Source of the DNA: a virus
Taxonomy: Duplodnaviria; Caudoviricetes
Virus record (IMG/VR): IMGVR_UViG_3300037343_000006
Span: 1 to 60,681 of that record
DNA length: 60,681 bases
Direction: 5' to 3' (one strand)
Below the pieces are notes generated by a model. The model saw only the letters and a program-made list of their open reading frames with translations, was not told the DNA's origin and did not search any database. This document shows, in pieces, positions 10,601-18,998 of the stretch (the first letter of the stretch is position 1; each line of letters starts with the position of its first letter). Made by a program: the position numbers and the translations under genes.

Positions 10601-11635
10601 CAAAGGACTAACGGCGGGTCGGTGCTTGAGACTGCGCCACGGCTCAGCCAGCAGGGGATCGGGCGCGTCGCGCTTATGTATAAGGCCTACGGCATCCAGA
10701 TGTACTACTCCATGTTTAAGACCGTCCGCGACGGTATGGAGGCGCACTTCGCCGGGGATAAAGACGCGCGCAATGAAGCACTTCGGCAGTTCGCTGGGGT
10801 GACTGGGGCGTCGTTCCTACTGGCAGGAGTCGTCGGTATGCCACTGGCGCGGGAACTCTTGCAGCTTATGAACCTGCTGTTCTTTGACGAAGAAGAAGAC
10901 ACCGCGGAGACACAGCTGCGCAAAGCGATCGGCGAAGGGTTCTACAAAGGCCCCGCAACTGCGCTTCTCGGCGTCGACTTGTCCAGCCGTATCGGTCTGT
11001 CGGGCCTCATCCTGCAGGCTAACCGGTTTAACCACGATGCCTCGCTCGAAGAGGACGTGTTCCACTATCTTGGGGGCCCTGCGTGGAGTATCATTTCTGG
11101 GTTTAATCGGGGTCGCCAAGACATTATGAACGGTGAGATCGAGCGTGGTGTTGAGGCCATGATCCCTGCCGGTATCCGCAACATGTATCAGGCTGCGTTC
11201 CGCTTCCCCAACGACGAAGGCATCTTGACCCGCCGCGGCGACCCGATCATGGACGACCTGTCCTTCGGCCAACTTGCTGCGAAGTTTGTCGGCTTCGCCC
11301 CTGCCGAGTACACCCGTACGCAGGAGATGAACCAGCAGACCAAGAACGTCGACCGGTCAGTAAACAGCGCACGGACTACGATACTGCGTCGTTACTATGT
11401 GGCTACCCGCATGGGTGACTCCGACGAGCGGCGTGCCATGATGCAGCGCATCAAGGACTTTAACCGTAGGCATCCCACGGCCCGTATCGACGCTGACTCC
11501 CTGCGTCGGTCTATGCGGCAGCACATGGAGACATCAGCTACGATGTATAACGGCATCTCGATCAGCCCGAACATGCGCCGTGCGTTGGATGAGAGCCGTG
11601 ACGAGTGGAACCAAGGGTTCCAACTCTTTGATTAA
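4667..11635 (+). CDS. Large polyvalent/ejection protein with zincin metallopeptidase and PLxRFG-type region
   Basis: 2322 aa. Gly/Ala hydrophobic N-terminal segments; LLHEMTH (HExxH) with downstream EEFVAEAFSNPEF; YFPLTRAG (PLxRFG-like); multiple QxxLF motifs. Confidence 0.8.
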   Translation: MARYNLTLKDGSAFEVEAPAGASQAEILRRANQQMSVRGMNERRDARTAERQTQLAELDAMRPPPREPETGFLGDLVGGFGAGVVNIGETAALGAATLLDEEQELAARERIQNAASAIRPSMGDEEDLAYKIGSTFGSIAGFIGAAATVTYGAGALGLGVAGAGIAGLVGAGTLGVGAATGEASERARAAGATQEERNRAIMQAIPVGASEVLPLRRILGKLTGDLGEELVQTFRQRVVSALRTGGEEAAQEAAAGIAQNLIERGYNIDQAVLEGAGEAAALGGGAGATIQVLVDLFAGRRARGATPPPEGPAQGELFPGADLGQAPTRVMGDQREMFPEEDLGMAPERPDERQGELFSAQDQQSAAFARTARRADEERARLMERPISEFESAGDPFLERTKAERDAARAGIAGLQRPEQPEPEQRDMIRELEAATIPEEEQRAQAAAREREGLRAAGRGDEAAFEQPDLFALQQEQERRRLGPEELRRPDQFMDVPEAAETVTPEQPDAMGDLVDMADQRQRTAAEDADIADQLAAIDAEEGAQQQQAAALRAESDIETITGQQETQRQQATEQGRRSILQDVIKKTPSRNYNRVSRMYEDALTKAGYQGDKAKPTAAEIQTIQRAVNVQRAERPEPVSPVAEPIKLPPEATQLQEMESRIPERAAQREPEQLGMPGIRRRIQEAPAREGMAPEAQAAPETVTDEMLDQMGIAPRSPIRQRLRGKDLNDPTTREILTSFANQPRTSQTAELGISRRLEGVPEEQPDLFAPSGRRSAAAQPAPQQTPAGPAAQPAPSAQQNAPQQLELFPETAQGVTDGTAAPNQQRDRASVRGGGRGVAGPGGVGGTGGGARTPTAPEPRGLGARIASAVPAAAPKAAERSTLGEGGTRRNVMPTLPRRPIIDPKTLKPIREERVGPTSRALAPREKISAKSEPKVSGDQVTKQLADWYEANVSAPAKRFVKELGMSITSPLTIADKAAILAQLNTKSTKENKTTIGALKKYLGNYPDPALGLQDAIDDVVAQKPNFRRTEDMTDGESEFFGATKDGKTPARGKNAAQYVLDWASKNMSEATKRWTAGKIVESKNAMQAIEAFESTDLVATRRELEKAFEGGFDPTKDADNKRLADVLEKLGLDESDPMVRGMLYKGGMFNMAVPPSRHPLSQVTVALLRKGDLAGALRSVAASSADPEVAAVAEKLAKVVGDTKVEVVKSIAPGVLGRFTAATNTISLAEPTNKLKLDGGLNTHVLLHEMTHAATAFTLVNKGHPLTRKLKKIFEETKEFMPTAYGSTSIEEFVAEAFSNPEFQSMLAGLKIKGDPLTPFAKIKAAISNFLRSLVGKPVKPVQSALEQTTSIIDNILAPAPGNIGTGEFFMLSPVAAGKRIAEMLGDIQKQSKPVTKEFAQKFAGNTREFLRGTATDKAKRGMLGFLPSQAVADVAERSGIKGAMDLHKLMEEQRGAINKSDQAVEGVLKSVANWVKSHQNQVDALNRVVYKSTIEQVDPSKPISAYANDPEKAKAWRDMRNDWRALSSTGGDKVYAQMRDTYKKQYEKMRDVIYGKIDETITDEAARKKLKNEVYARLFESGTIEPYFPLTRAGNYWLSYVAEGEFTVEAFETMAERDRAITDLKADTSVKDVEKFVNINNASYAKAPPSSFVGQTLQTLRANRVPDDVQAEIMRLFIETLPETSFAKSLQRRKGTAGYQEDAIFALKTKAFDLGRQVERLRYSAKLRTLQDSINEDNRPNLTEENKYIVDELNLRADFARNPPGDGLAQAANRAAFVFTIGFNASSAVVNLSQLPMFVYMMFAGKYGYGAAGRAIMDASKLVTSSGFNRKSDMVAPYGNEKNIKVRAMPSIDNYFELDANGDYVVRKDLDLEPEVIAKVEELKPLVAMMAARGQLNRSLFADNLGIDSSGRERGIIDMATAASAFMFHNVEVFNRQVTAISAYQLKLARLKKAEPTLSTTEMQTKAAEQALEDAQRTNGGSVLETAPRLSQQGIGRVALMYKAYGIQMYYSMFKTVRDGMEAHFAGDKDARNEALRQFAGVTGASFLLAGVVGMPLARELLQLMNLLFFDEEEDTAETQLRKAIGEGFYKGPATALLGVDLSSRIGLSGLILQANRFNHDASLEEDVFHYLGGPAWSIISGFNRGRQDIMNGEIERGVEAMIPAGIRNMYQAAFRFPNDEGILTRRGDPIMDDLSFGQLAAKFVGFAPAEYTRTQEMNQQTKNVDRSVNSARTTILRRYYVATRMGDSDERRAMMQRIKDFNRRHPTARIDADSLRRSMRQHMETSATMYNGISISPNMRRALDESRDEWNQGFQLFD
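7119..7319 (+). CDS. Putative nested small gene (66 aa) in the +1 frame of the polyvalent protein
   Basis: AAGGGG upstream of ATG 7119; natural-looking amphipathic product (MALQHLTSKEIEQAF...KLQSVVH), while the host frame is G/A/R/P low complexity here. Confidence 0.5.
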   Translation: MALQHLTSKEIEQAFAVVDAAWQDPEGSEVRVEVPEHLQHLSPEDWEHVSRALYLLQHQKLQSVVH

Positions 11636-11665
11636 AAAAGCCCCCCACGGTGAGGTGGGGGGCTA
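11634..11665. terminator. Intrinsic terminator at the convergence of the two arms
   Basis: AAAAAA-GCCCCCCAC-ggtgag-GTGGGGGGC: 9-bp GC stem with a U-tract on the minus strand. Confidence 0.8.
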
Positions 11666-11725
11666 GTCAGGGAGGAGGAGAACATACAGAAACCTAGCGG
11701 CTTCTCCATGAACAACTTCACTGTA

Positions 11726-11950
11726 TCACAACGTACGCCACACGCGTAGCCCAAATCGACCGTCCTCAATACGCTCCTGCACCTGCATAGAAATCTTACG
11801 CCGCGCAGCAATTTTGCTAAGCTGCTTCTCTGCGAGCGCGGTGTTAACGCAGGGTACGAACACTGACATGCCCACCTTCATACCGTCCCAAGGGATGATG
11901 ATCCGAACACCATCGGGATGCAGGTCGTCCAGTCTAGGTATCTGAACCAT
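11726..11950 (-). CDS. Hypothetical protein
   Basis: 74 aa, GAGG RBS, overlaps the end of the primase gene; IPWDGMKVGMSVFVPC...GLRVWR. Confidence 0.6.
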   Translation of the reverse strand: MVQIPRLDDLHPDGVRIIIPWDGMKVGMSVFVPCVNTALAEKQLSKIAARRKISMQVQERIEDGRFGLRVWRTL

Positions 11951-14756
11951 CGGCATCCTCTACATCCAACTCAAAATCGACCTCGATTACATCCACCGGC
12001 GGTAGGCGCAGGTTGGTGCCTTTGGTGATCCGCATCTTACGCTTCGTAGCGCCCTTGTTTTTCACGAGGTCGAGGATGCACGACGAGTAGTCGATCTGCT
12101 GCTCAAGGCACCATGTCTTAAACGGTTTCAGCAGGATAAAGGCTTTCTTGGTGTCGGACTCGTACCGCGCGACCAGCTTCGTACGCGGGTTTGCCTCTGG
12201 CATAATCAGGGCGTCTATGCCGTTGACGTCGCCGTTGCGCTTGATGATGAGTAGGTTGCCGTTATGCTCGGCAAAGAAGTCCGCCAAAATCTGGCTAGAA
12301 GATGTTGTCATGTCTTCGGTAACGCCTTGGTTATAGCGCACCAGCTCAATCGCAAACTTGAACATCGCTGCTGTATCGTAGTTCACAAGCCCGAGCTTCT
12401 TGGCAATGATGGCAGCGGTCATGGTCTTAGTGATGTACTCCGACCAGAAGCGATTCGACGAACCCAAGTTACACTTAATGTCGACGCGCTCACGCACCTT
12501 CTCTTCCAGTGCGTTTATGCCGTCCATGTTCTGCATGTAGTGCTGGACAAACACCACCCCAGCGTGGCCGTAGTGTAGCGGCACGTTCTTTGAGAAGTCG
12601 TCAGTCATCGCCTTGTCACCACTGCCGTCGAAGAACTTATCAACGCGCGCTTCCAGCACTCGCTGGGCCTCTGCTTTCGGCGCGGCTTTCGCCAATGTGA
12701 TCTTTTCCACGAGGCTCATGTTGCCGGTCGAGAGGGCTAGAAACTTCCACTCAAACCCACGGGTGCGCTCTTGATTCGCCCCGCCTTCCATGCGGCCCCG
12801 CTGCATGCCCTCGGTAATCGCGTAAGTCATGTCCGATGCAGCCAAGGGCCGCATGTTAGTGATCTCATCGGTAGCGAACAAGATGTTCTTGTACACCTCT
12901 GCACGGTTCATACGGTGGTTCATGGTGTCCCGCTCTTTCAGCAGCAGACCCATTGGGCGACCCCACACAGATAGTGCCATGAACATAGCCGTGGTCTTCC
13001 CAAGGCCGGAGTCCTTGCTAAACATGTGCAGGAGCCCGCCGTTCATCGGCGAGGAGTGCATCAGCGCGCTGCCGAAACTGGCGCACAGTGCGAATTGATA
13101 GAGCTCCATGCCCGGCTTGTTAAAGAACTCTGCGTTCTGTCTCCACCCGTCGAGGGTGCCGCGCGGGGTAAGCGCGTCGAACAAGCCTGCGGTCTTAATG
13201 GATGCAGGGTTAAAGTCTATTTTGTTTGGGAATATCTCCCTGTCGCCAAGGATAAACGAGCCGCAGTTATCATCAGCCCAGCCGAACTGTGCGCGCGCTA
13301 TGTCTGCTGCGCCTTGCTGCTGCAGCTCTTCGATCCAGCGGATAGTGTAGGCCATAAGTTCCTCCAGATTTTTACCGAAGGCGGTGACGCCCTTGGCCCC
13401 AATAGCTTTACGAAATTCGTCCTTAGACGTTACAGCGATCTGCGGGACGGTGAACTCACGCACCCCGTCCTTTGGTAGATGCAGCCGGAACACCAGCGCG
13501 TCGGCGTCGCCGTCAGTCACCCGCCGCACAATGTATAGGTCGTTATGGTATATGCACTTCTCAATGGTGTCGCCGTCAGCGTCTTCGCCTCGGACATAGA
13601 TGCCCCCGTTGGCCCCACGGAAGTAGGGCTTGGGGTATGTCGGTATAACATAAATCTCTGGCTGCGCAGCGGGCGCGGCTTTGGGGCTCGGTGCGACCTC
13701 AATCACGTTGTCTGCTTCAGTGGCCTCACGGGTTCGTGAGCCAAGGACAACCGGCGACTTGATCTTACCCCACAGCGGGCACCCGCTGCAGACGCCGTCG
13801 TTGTACTCGTCGAACGTTGTGCAGAGGTATGGGCCCTTGATGCGGTCCATCTTATTGAACATCTCGTCCGGCGTGAACTCAGGATGCCGCTGCGAAATCT
13901 TAGTAGCTGCGCTATCCCCATCGGCACAATGCTTGGCGATCGACAGCCCTGCCCGCCACAGCGGCTCCGACATAGTCTCTTGATTGCGGTAGATATAGGC
14001 CAGCTGCATGCAGCCTTTACCCTTCGCGGTCTTCAGCATGATGTCCTTGAAGTAATGCTCGCGGTTGCCCATGAGCGCGTCCATCACAGCGTTGCTACCG
14101 CTGACCGGCGTAAACTTCTTTGGAACTGGTATCGGGTCGTTGCCCATAAGCTCTGAAAATTTATCGAAAGATACAGGCGCTACCGCGTCCATACCTAAAA
14201 CCCTAACGCGTTTAGGTGGGTTGTCCTTATGGTTATGAGTGCCCGGCATGCGTAGGATACGCGCTGCATCAGACGTTACTGCGGGGTCAGCCTTGAAGCC
14301 ATGCTCCTTGCACTTTGCCTTGAGGCGCTCAGCCACAGGCACCCACTCGGCCAGCGTCACGTCTTCATTGAGCGGCCAGTAGACATGTATCCCTCGGCCC
14401 GAGTCTACCGTAATCGGCTTAGGCAACCGCATCACTTTGCAGAAGCGGCGGAGCTCTTGCAGTGCGGTTGCTTGGTCAGGAAACTTCTTGGGGTTATCTG
14501 CTTCGCAGTCGAGGTCGAGGTAGAACGCGCGCTTGCGCGCTATGTTGTCAGCTTCTCGGGAAGCATCGGTGCCGAAAGTGCCGACCGCATAGTAAGAATT
14601 GTAGCCGTTCTGGTCAAACGCCGTGTTGGCGTCCATGAGCTGATCTATCGAGTCGTAGAACTTTTGTTTACGGCGGCTCGTTTCCGCATGTATTGCAAGG
14701 ACGCAGTACCAGCCTCCGCGGGCCAGCACGCTCTGCAAAAATCTTTTTGTTTCCAT
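11934..14756 (-). CDS. AEP-type primase fused to a DUF927-type helicase/replication domain
   Basis: 940 aa; FYLDLD, DSGRGIHVYW, RILRMPGTHN (AEP motifs); Cys cluster (C..F....C..C); P-loop SGLGKTT and DEIT. Confidence 0.85.
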   Translation of the reverse strand: METKRFLQSVLARGGWYCVLAIHAETSRRKQKFYDSIDQLMDANTAFDQNGYNSYYAVGTFGTDASREADNIARKRAFYLDLDCEADNPKKFPDQATALQELRRFCKVMRLPKPITVDSGRGIHVYWPLNEDVTLAEWVPVAERLKAKCKEHGFKADPAVTSDAARILRMPGTHNHKDNPPKRVRVLGMDAVAPVSFDKFSELMGNDPIPVPKKFTPVSGSNAVMDALMGNREHYFKDIMLKTAKGKGCMQLAYIYRNQETMSEPLWRAGLSIAKHCADGDSAATKISQRHPEFTPDEMFNKMDRIKGPYLCTTFDEYNDGVCSGCPLWGKIKSPVVLGSRTREATEADNVIEVAPSPKAAPAAQPEIYVIPTYPKPYFRGANGGIYVRGEDADGDTIEKCIYHNDLYIVRRVTDGDADALVFRLHLPKDGVREFTVPQIAVTSKDEFRKAIGAKGVTAFGKNLEELMAYTIRWIEELQQQGAADIARAQFGWADDNCGSFILGDREIFPNKIDFNPASIKTAGLFDALTPRGTLDGWRQNAEFFNKPGMELYQFALCASFGSALMHSSPMNGGLLHMFSKDSGLGKTTAMFMALSVWGRPMGLLLKERDTMNHRMNRAEVYKNILFATDEITNMRPLAASDMTYAITEGMQRGRMEGGANQERTRGFEWKFLALSTGNMSLVEKITLAKAAPKAEAQRVLEARVDKFFDGSGDKAMTDDFSKNVPLHYGHAGVVFVQHYMQNMDGINALEEKVRERVDIKCNLGSSNRFWSEYITKTMTAAIIAKKLGLVNYDTAAMFKFAIELVRYNQGVTEDMTTSSSQILADFFAEHNGNLLIIKRNGDVNGIDALIMPEANPRTKLVARYESDTKKAFILLKPFKTWCLEQQIDYSSCILDLVKNKGATKRKMRITKGTNLRLPPVDVIEVDFELDVEDADGSDT

Positions 14757-14815
14757 TGCTCATGCCCACAGAAGAGGAGGCCGTGACCACTAGGTAGCCA
14801 CGGCCCGTTAAGTGA

Positions 14816-15715
14816 TTACTCGTCGTCGTCCCATGCTTCGACAAGATCACCGAGGTCATCGTCAGAGGCTTTTACTTCCTCTTTTTTCGACACCTTCTTT
14901 GGCTCTTCTACGGCTTCGCCTTCGTCCTCATCTGCAAGGACGTTGTTAGACTTCTTGGGCTCAGCCTTTTTCGGCTCAGCCTTCTCCAAAGCTTTCACGC
15001 CGTCTACTTTCGACACAGTCATAGTCAGTGCACGTGTGACGTCTTCGTGCTCACGCAGCTTGAGGACTTCTTTGAGGTCACCCTCATCCAGTGGGCGCGC
15101 TGCCTTAAAGAACAGCTTGGGTACATCGCTATCCTCGTCGAAGAGCAGGGTAGTGACGACTGCTTGGATCGGTGCGCCATGGGCCTTGAGGTAGCGGGCG
15201 TATGCCTGCATCGGCATGTTGCCGTTCTTGGCTTCGCCGAACACCGAGGTAGCCGACAGCTGGACTTGGTAGACCTTATCGTAGCTGTTCTCCAACGCCA
15301 CAGCGATACGCTGCGAGAAGCGGCAAGCACGTGTTTCACCTTGGCCGGAGCCGCGGACGTTCATTGCGCAGTCTGCGCAACGTGACGCTTGACGTTGATC
15401 CTCGGGCACGTCCGGTGCAGGACGCTCAGTATCGGCGGACCAGCATGTAGGCGGAGCCACTTTCTCAGGGTCGTAGACGCCAGCATAGTAGGTGCGAGAC
15501 ACCTTGGCAGCGTCGAGCACGACGACGTTCAGCGATCCGCTGCTGTTCACGCTGACTTGTTCGCCACCAACCAGCTCACGGAAACGTGAGCCCTTGAAGC
15601 TGATACGGCGCATCGAGCCGCCACCGCCAGCAAGGTTGTCGTTGGCCTGCAGCAGCAACTTGAACAGGTCACTGTTCACAAGGCTGTTGCCCTTAAAGAG
15701 TTCTAGGTCACTCAT
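14816..15715 (-). CDS. Putative ssDNA-binding protein
   Basis: 299 aa; replication cluster; Cys motifs (CWS, CADC, CRF); acidic C-terminal tail ending WDDDE. Confidence 0.6.
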   Translation of the reverse strand: MSDLELFKGNSLVNSDLFKLLLQANDNLAGGGGSMRRISFKGSRFRELVGGEQVSVNSSGSLNVVVLDAAKVSRTYYAGVYDPEKVAPPTCWSADTERPAPDVPEDQRQASRCADCAMNVRGSGQGETRACRFSQRIAVALENSYDKVYQVQLSATSVFGEAKNGNMPMQAYARYLKAHGAPIQAVVTTLLFDEDSDVPKLFFKAARPLDEGDLKEVLKLREHEDVTRALTMTVSKVDGVKALEKAEPKKAEPKKSNNVLADEDEGEAVEEPKKVSKKEEVKASDDDLGDLVEAWDDDE

Positions 15716-15726
15716 GTGCGTTCTCC

Positions 15727-16047
15727 TTACGCGTCTTCGTCAGCATCGAAATCAAATTCGAGCTGCACTTCATCAACCATGGGTTCACCCATGGACAGTA
15801 CGGAACCTTCGACGCCGGTAACAGCGACGGTGGTACTTTGTGTTTCACTTTCTTCCTTCTGCATTGCCATCAGAGCGGTCTGCACATCTGCACGGTTGAA
15901 GCGATATGTGTTGCCGAGTTTGATGTAGGTACTCTCAGGGATGTGACCCTGCCGCACCCACGCACGGATGGTAGAGACCGACACGCAGAAATACTGCGCG
16001 AGGCTCTCAATGGTTACGAACGGGCTTTTGTCTTGGGTCTCCGTCAT
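15727..16047 (-). CDS. Excisionase-like (HTH_17) DNA-binding protein
   Basis: VTIESLAQYFCVSVSTIRAWVRQGHIP...KLGNTYRF is a typical Xis/AlpA-like winged HTH. Confidence 0.75.
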   Translation of the reverse strand: MTETQDKSPFVTIESLAQYFCVSVSTIRAWVRQGHIPESTYIKLGNTYRFNRADVQTALMAMQKEESETQSTTVAVTGVEGSVLSMGEPMVDEVQLEFDFDADEDA

Positions 16048-16442
16048 TTTTTCCTCACAGAGATTGCGTACTCCGAGTCCACGTTAAGGCCCGGAGGTAC
16101 AGTGTCGGGGTTCTCGTCCAGAAACTGCTTAACAACAGTCTGGTTCAGACGCTTCTCAAAGAACTCTGGCACTGCATTTGTAAGAATAAACTTGTTCATG
16201 GAGTCCCAGTCACTGGTCCAGTAGCGCTTCTTTACACTGCGGTAGAACAAACCTTCCGAGGTACGAACGCTCTCGACGTTGTGTTCTTTGCAGTGGTCCA
16301 GCAACGCGCGCTTGACCTTGTCTTGCTGTGCTTTGAGGTGGTCGTCTTCTTGCTTGAATGTGGCCGACAGTTCCGCGCGCTTGTCTCTTATTTTTATATA
16401 GACGCGCGTCAGCTTCTCGACCGATACAGTGGTATCGCTCAT
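16044..16442 (-). CDS. Conserved phage replication-region hypothetical protein
   Basis: 132 aa, GGAG RBS; coiled-coil N-terminus and PPGLNV...ISVRK C-terminus. Confidence 0.7.
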   Translation of the reverse strand: MSDTTVSVEKLTRVYIKIRDKRAELSATFKQEDDHLKAQQDKVKRALLDHCKEHNVESVRTSEGLFYRSVKKRYWTSDWDSMNKFILTNAVPEFFEKRLNQTVVKQFLDENPDTVPPGLNVDSEYAISVRKK

Positions 16443-16488
16443 GGTGTTCTCCTTTAGCTAGAAGTCTTAGATACTACCTAATCTTACG

Positions 16489-18024
16489 CTAGTCAAGTAT
16501 CTGTTTGTATAAGTCGATAATTTTTGTGTGTACGTCAATTCTGTTATCAAGCAGCGCGTACACGTGTTTTTCTACAGCAGAGCCCTGCAGCTGCACGACA
16601 GTACATGGGTGCTTTTGTCCCGACCGGTGGACCCGCGCGTTAGCCTGTGCATAGGTCTCCAGTGAGGATGTTGGCCCCCACCATACGACAGTATTGGCTG
16701 CGGTTAAAGTCACACCATGTGCTGCTGACTGGGGCTGGATCACCAATATCTTGGGGTCAGGGGTCTCTTGGAAGCGTTTGAATATCTCGGTCCGCCGCGT
16801 TACAGGCACGTCGCCGCGAATCACCTCGGTGGTCACCCCGTCCTTGCGCAGCTTGTCCACAAGAATGTCGATCGTGTGCCGGAACGGTACAAACACCAGC
16901 ACCTTCTGGCTGCTTTCGTCGATGACTTCTTTCAGTACGTTGTACCGGTTCTTGATGTCGAACTCTAACGTCGAGCCGTCGTCGGTGTAGACCGCCCCTG
17001 CGCTGATCTGCAGTAGCTTGTTCATCACGATCGCTGCGTTGACCGCGGTGACTTCCTCGCCAGCCGCTTCCATGACGAGCTTGTTCTTCAGCTCGTTGTA
17101 GTACTTCTTCTGCTGGCGTGTTAACTCAACGACCCGCTTCACATAGGTCATGTCTGGCAAGTCTAGGCACTCGTCCTTGGTAAACCGGATAGCTGGCTGC
17201 AGTGCGTTGTAGACAGTCTCGGTGGCACCCGGCTTCTGCATCCACTTGAACTGCGTGATCTTCATCATCACTTGGTCGCGGAACGACCCGAAGTACCGCG
17301 GGACAGCGCTGGGGTTGACCAGCTTGGCTAAGCCAAACGCATCGAGCGGCGACTGCGCCGCTGGTGTACCCGTCATCATCCAGAGCCATGTGTCGTCAGT
17401 GATTAGTCGGTTTAGGCATTTCCACCGCTTGCTCTGTGAGTTCTTGTAGTGCGTCGCCTCGTCAACAATGATGAGGTCGAACTTGCCGTTGCGTATCTCT
17501 TCCTCGACGATCTCGACGCCATCGAAGTTAATGACGACGAACTCAGCGCCAGCGTTGATGATCTGTTTGCGCTTTTTGGCGTCGCCATGGGCCACGCTTA
17601 CCGTCCGGTGCATAGCCACCTCGAACAAGTCAGCGCGCCACGCGGAGTCCATAATAGACAGCGGGCAGATAACCAGTGCGCGACGTACCTTGCCTTGCTT
17701 CATCAGGAAATCTGCAGCCCAGATAGCCGATGCGGTCTTGCCAGTGCCCTGCTCGTTGAAGCAGAAGGACTTCCTATGCAGCGTGAGAAACTCGGCGGTT
17801 GTCCTCTGGTGGTCCATCGGCTTGTACCGGCCCGGCCAGTCGTATCGCCCAGAGATCGGTGAGGGTGCCTTGACCCCCAGACTGCGGAGGGTCTGCACCT
17901 CGTCGACGCCCCAGCTTACCGCTACTTCGTGCGGTCCGGTTGCCTTACTCTTAGGGATCGTTTCAGTGACACGTTTTGGATTGCGCAACTTAAGCAGCAG
18001 CGCCTTGCCGTTGATGATCTTCAT
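16489..18024 (-). CDS. SNF2-family (SF2) helicase
   Basis: 511 aa; EQGTGKT, IIVDEATH, MTGTP, QANARVHRSGQ. Confidence 0.9.
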   Translation of the reverse strand: MKIINGKALLLKLRNPKRVTETIPKSKATGPHEVAVSWGVDEVQTLRSLGVKAPSPISGRYDWPGRYKPMDHQRTTAEFLTLHRKSFCFNEQGTGKTASAIWAADFLMKQGKVRRALVICPLSIMDSAWRADLFEVAMHRTVSVAHGDAKKRKQIINAGAEFVVINFDGVEIVEEEIRNGKFDLIIVDEATHYKNSQSKRWKCLNRLITDDTWLWMMTGTPAAQSPLDAFGLAKLVNPSAVPRYFGSFRDQVMMKITQFKWMQKPGATETVYNALQPAIRFTKDECLDLPDMTYVKRVVELTRQQKKYYNELKNKLVMEAAGEEVTAVNAAIVMNKLLQISAGAVYTDDGSTLEFDIKNRYNVLKEVIDESSQKVLVFVPFRHTIDILVDKLRKDGVTTEVIRGDVPVTRRTEIFKRFQETPDPKILVIQPQSAAHGVTLTAANTVVWWGPTSSLETYAQANARVHRSGQKHPCTVVQLQGSAVEKHVYALLDNRIDVHTKIIDLYKQILD

Positions 18025-18048
18025 GTTCTCTCCAGTGTTAGTGAGGCA

Positions 18049-18333
18049 CTAACGTTTTTTGGGGCTGCTCAGTGCACCGCCTGCAGCTCTGTTTTTACTC
18101 TGGCTTTGCACGGTGTACCCGTCCTTGTTCGTGCCGCCTTTAGAGAGCGGCTTCTTATGCGCGATGTCTTTACCCTCACGCTTATCGGCTTTACCGTTAC
18201 CGTTGGCATCCTTGCCGGTCTTGTCCATGGCGCGGCGGGCGCGTTGCCGCTCCATTCGATCAGTATGCTCGCCGCGGGACTTCTGCTGTTCGTACTCTTT
18301 CTTGTACGGACGGGGCTTCTTTGTATATGGCAT
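18049..18333 (-). CDS. Small HNH-like protein
   Basis: 94 aa from MPYTKK; KDIAHKKPLSKGGTN...KNRA is an HNH-like signature; TGATG coupling to the upstream nuclease. Confidence 0.6.
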   Translation of the reverse strand: MPYTKKPRPYKKEYEQQKSRGEHTDRMERQRARRAMDKTGKDANGNGKADKREGKDIAHKKPLSKGGTNKDGYTVQSQSKNRAAGGALSSPKKR

Positions 18334-18998
18334 CAGTTTGCTCCGTTGTGTGGACACTCTAAAACCGGGCAGTGTTTGCGGCACAGGCCGCTCGGCCTCG
18401 GGTTCCATACATCTACATCAAAAGCCTTCTTCATGGCAGCGTGTTTTGCTAGCCACTTGCGCCACAGCTCTTCCTTATTGAACTCAGTGTAGTTTGCTTT
18501 GACAAGGTCGTTGGCTACCACAAACAGCAACCCTGCACGGATGCGCTTAACCTGCGGGAAGTGTGCGAACACTGTCAGTGCCATCAACTCCAACTGGCCC
18601 TTGTCTGCGTACCGCGCGGACTTCCCAGTCTTGTAGTCAATGATCCATGCAAGGTCGCCATCAAGGATGATGAGGTCGGCGATACCACGGAACCAAACGT
18701 CTTTATCAAAGAACCCACACGGAGTTAGGTTTTCAGTAAGTCCCATCTTACGCTCACACAACTTCTCACCTGTGCGGGCTTTGAGTGAGTCGAGCACCTT
18801 GGTCACAAAACTGAACTTCGGCGGGATCGGCTTGTCGTCCCGCATGAACTCCTCGGCAGCTTTGTGGAACTCGGAGCCGTAGCGGATTGCTTCGGTCTCC
18901 GCGAACGGGAACTGCTTGAGGACGTTCACATGGTAGAACTGCTTGGGGCAGGTCTCGAAAGACTTCAGTTTACTGTAGGACCAAGGCGCTGCGCTCAT
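18333..18998 (-). CDS. PD-(D/E)xK nuclease, Cas4/RecB-like
   Basis: SYSKLKSFETCPKQF, GSEFH, GIADL, IIDYKTGK, QLELMA, and a C-terminal Cys cluster. Confidence 0.85.
   Translation of the reverse strand: MSAAPWSYSKLKSFETCPKQFYHVNVLKQFPFAETEAIRYGSEFHKAAEEFMRDDKPIPPKFSFVTKVLDSLKARTGEKLCERKMGLTENLTPCGFFDKDVWFRGIADLIILDGDLAWIIDYKTGKSARYADKGQLELMALTVFAHFPQVKRIRAGLLFVVANDLVKANYTEFNKEELWRKWLAKHAAMKKAFDVDVWNPRPSGLCRKHCPVLECPHNGAN

Noticed and set aside
4667-11635. Virion RNA polymerase (N4-like), which would explain the hairpins
   Set aside because: No T7/N4-type or DxDGD polymerase motifs were recognised by eye in this ORF; a structural search would be needed to exclude it fully.
15727-16047. Lysogeny module
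   Set aside because: Only an Xis-like HTH is present; no integrase, att site or CI/Cro pair was recognised.
16466-16496. Internal leftward promoter TTGACT-N17-TATCTA
   Set aside because: The -10 match is too weak to call from sequence alone.
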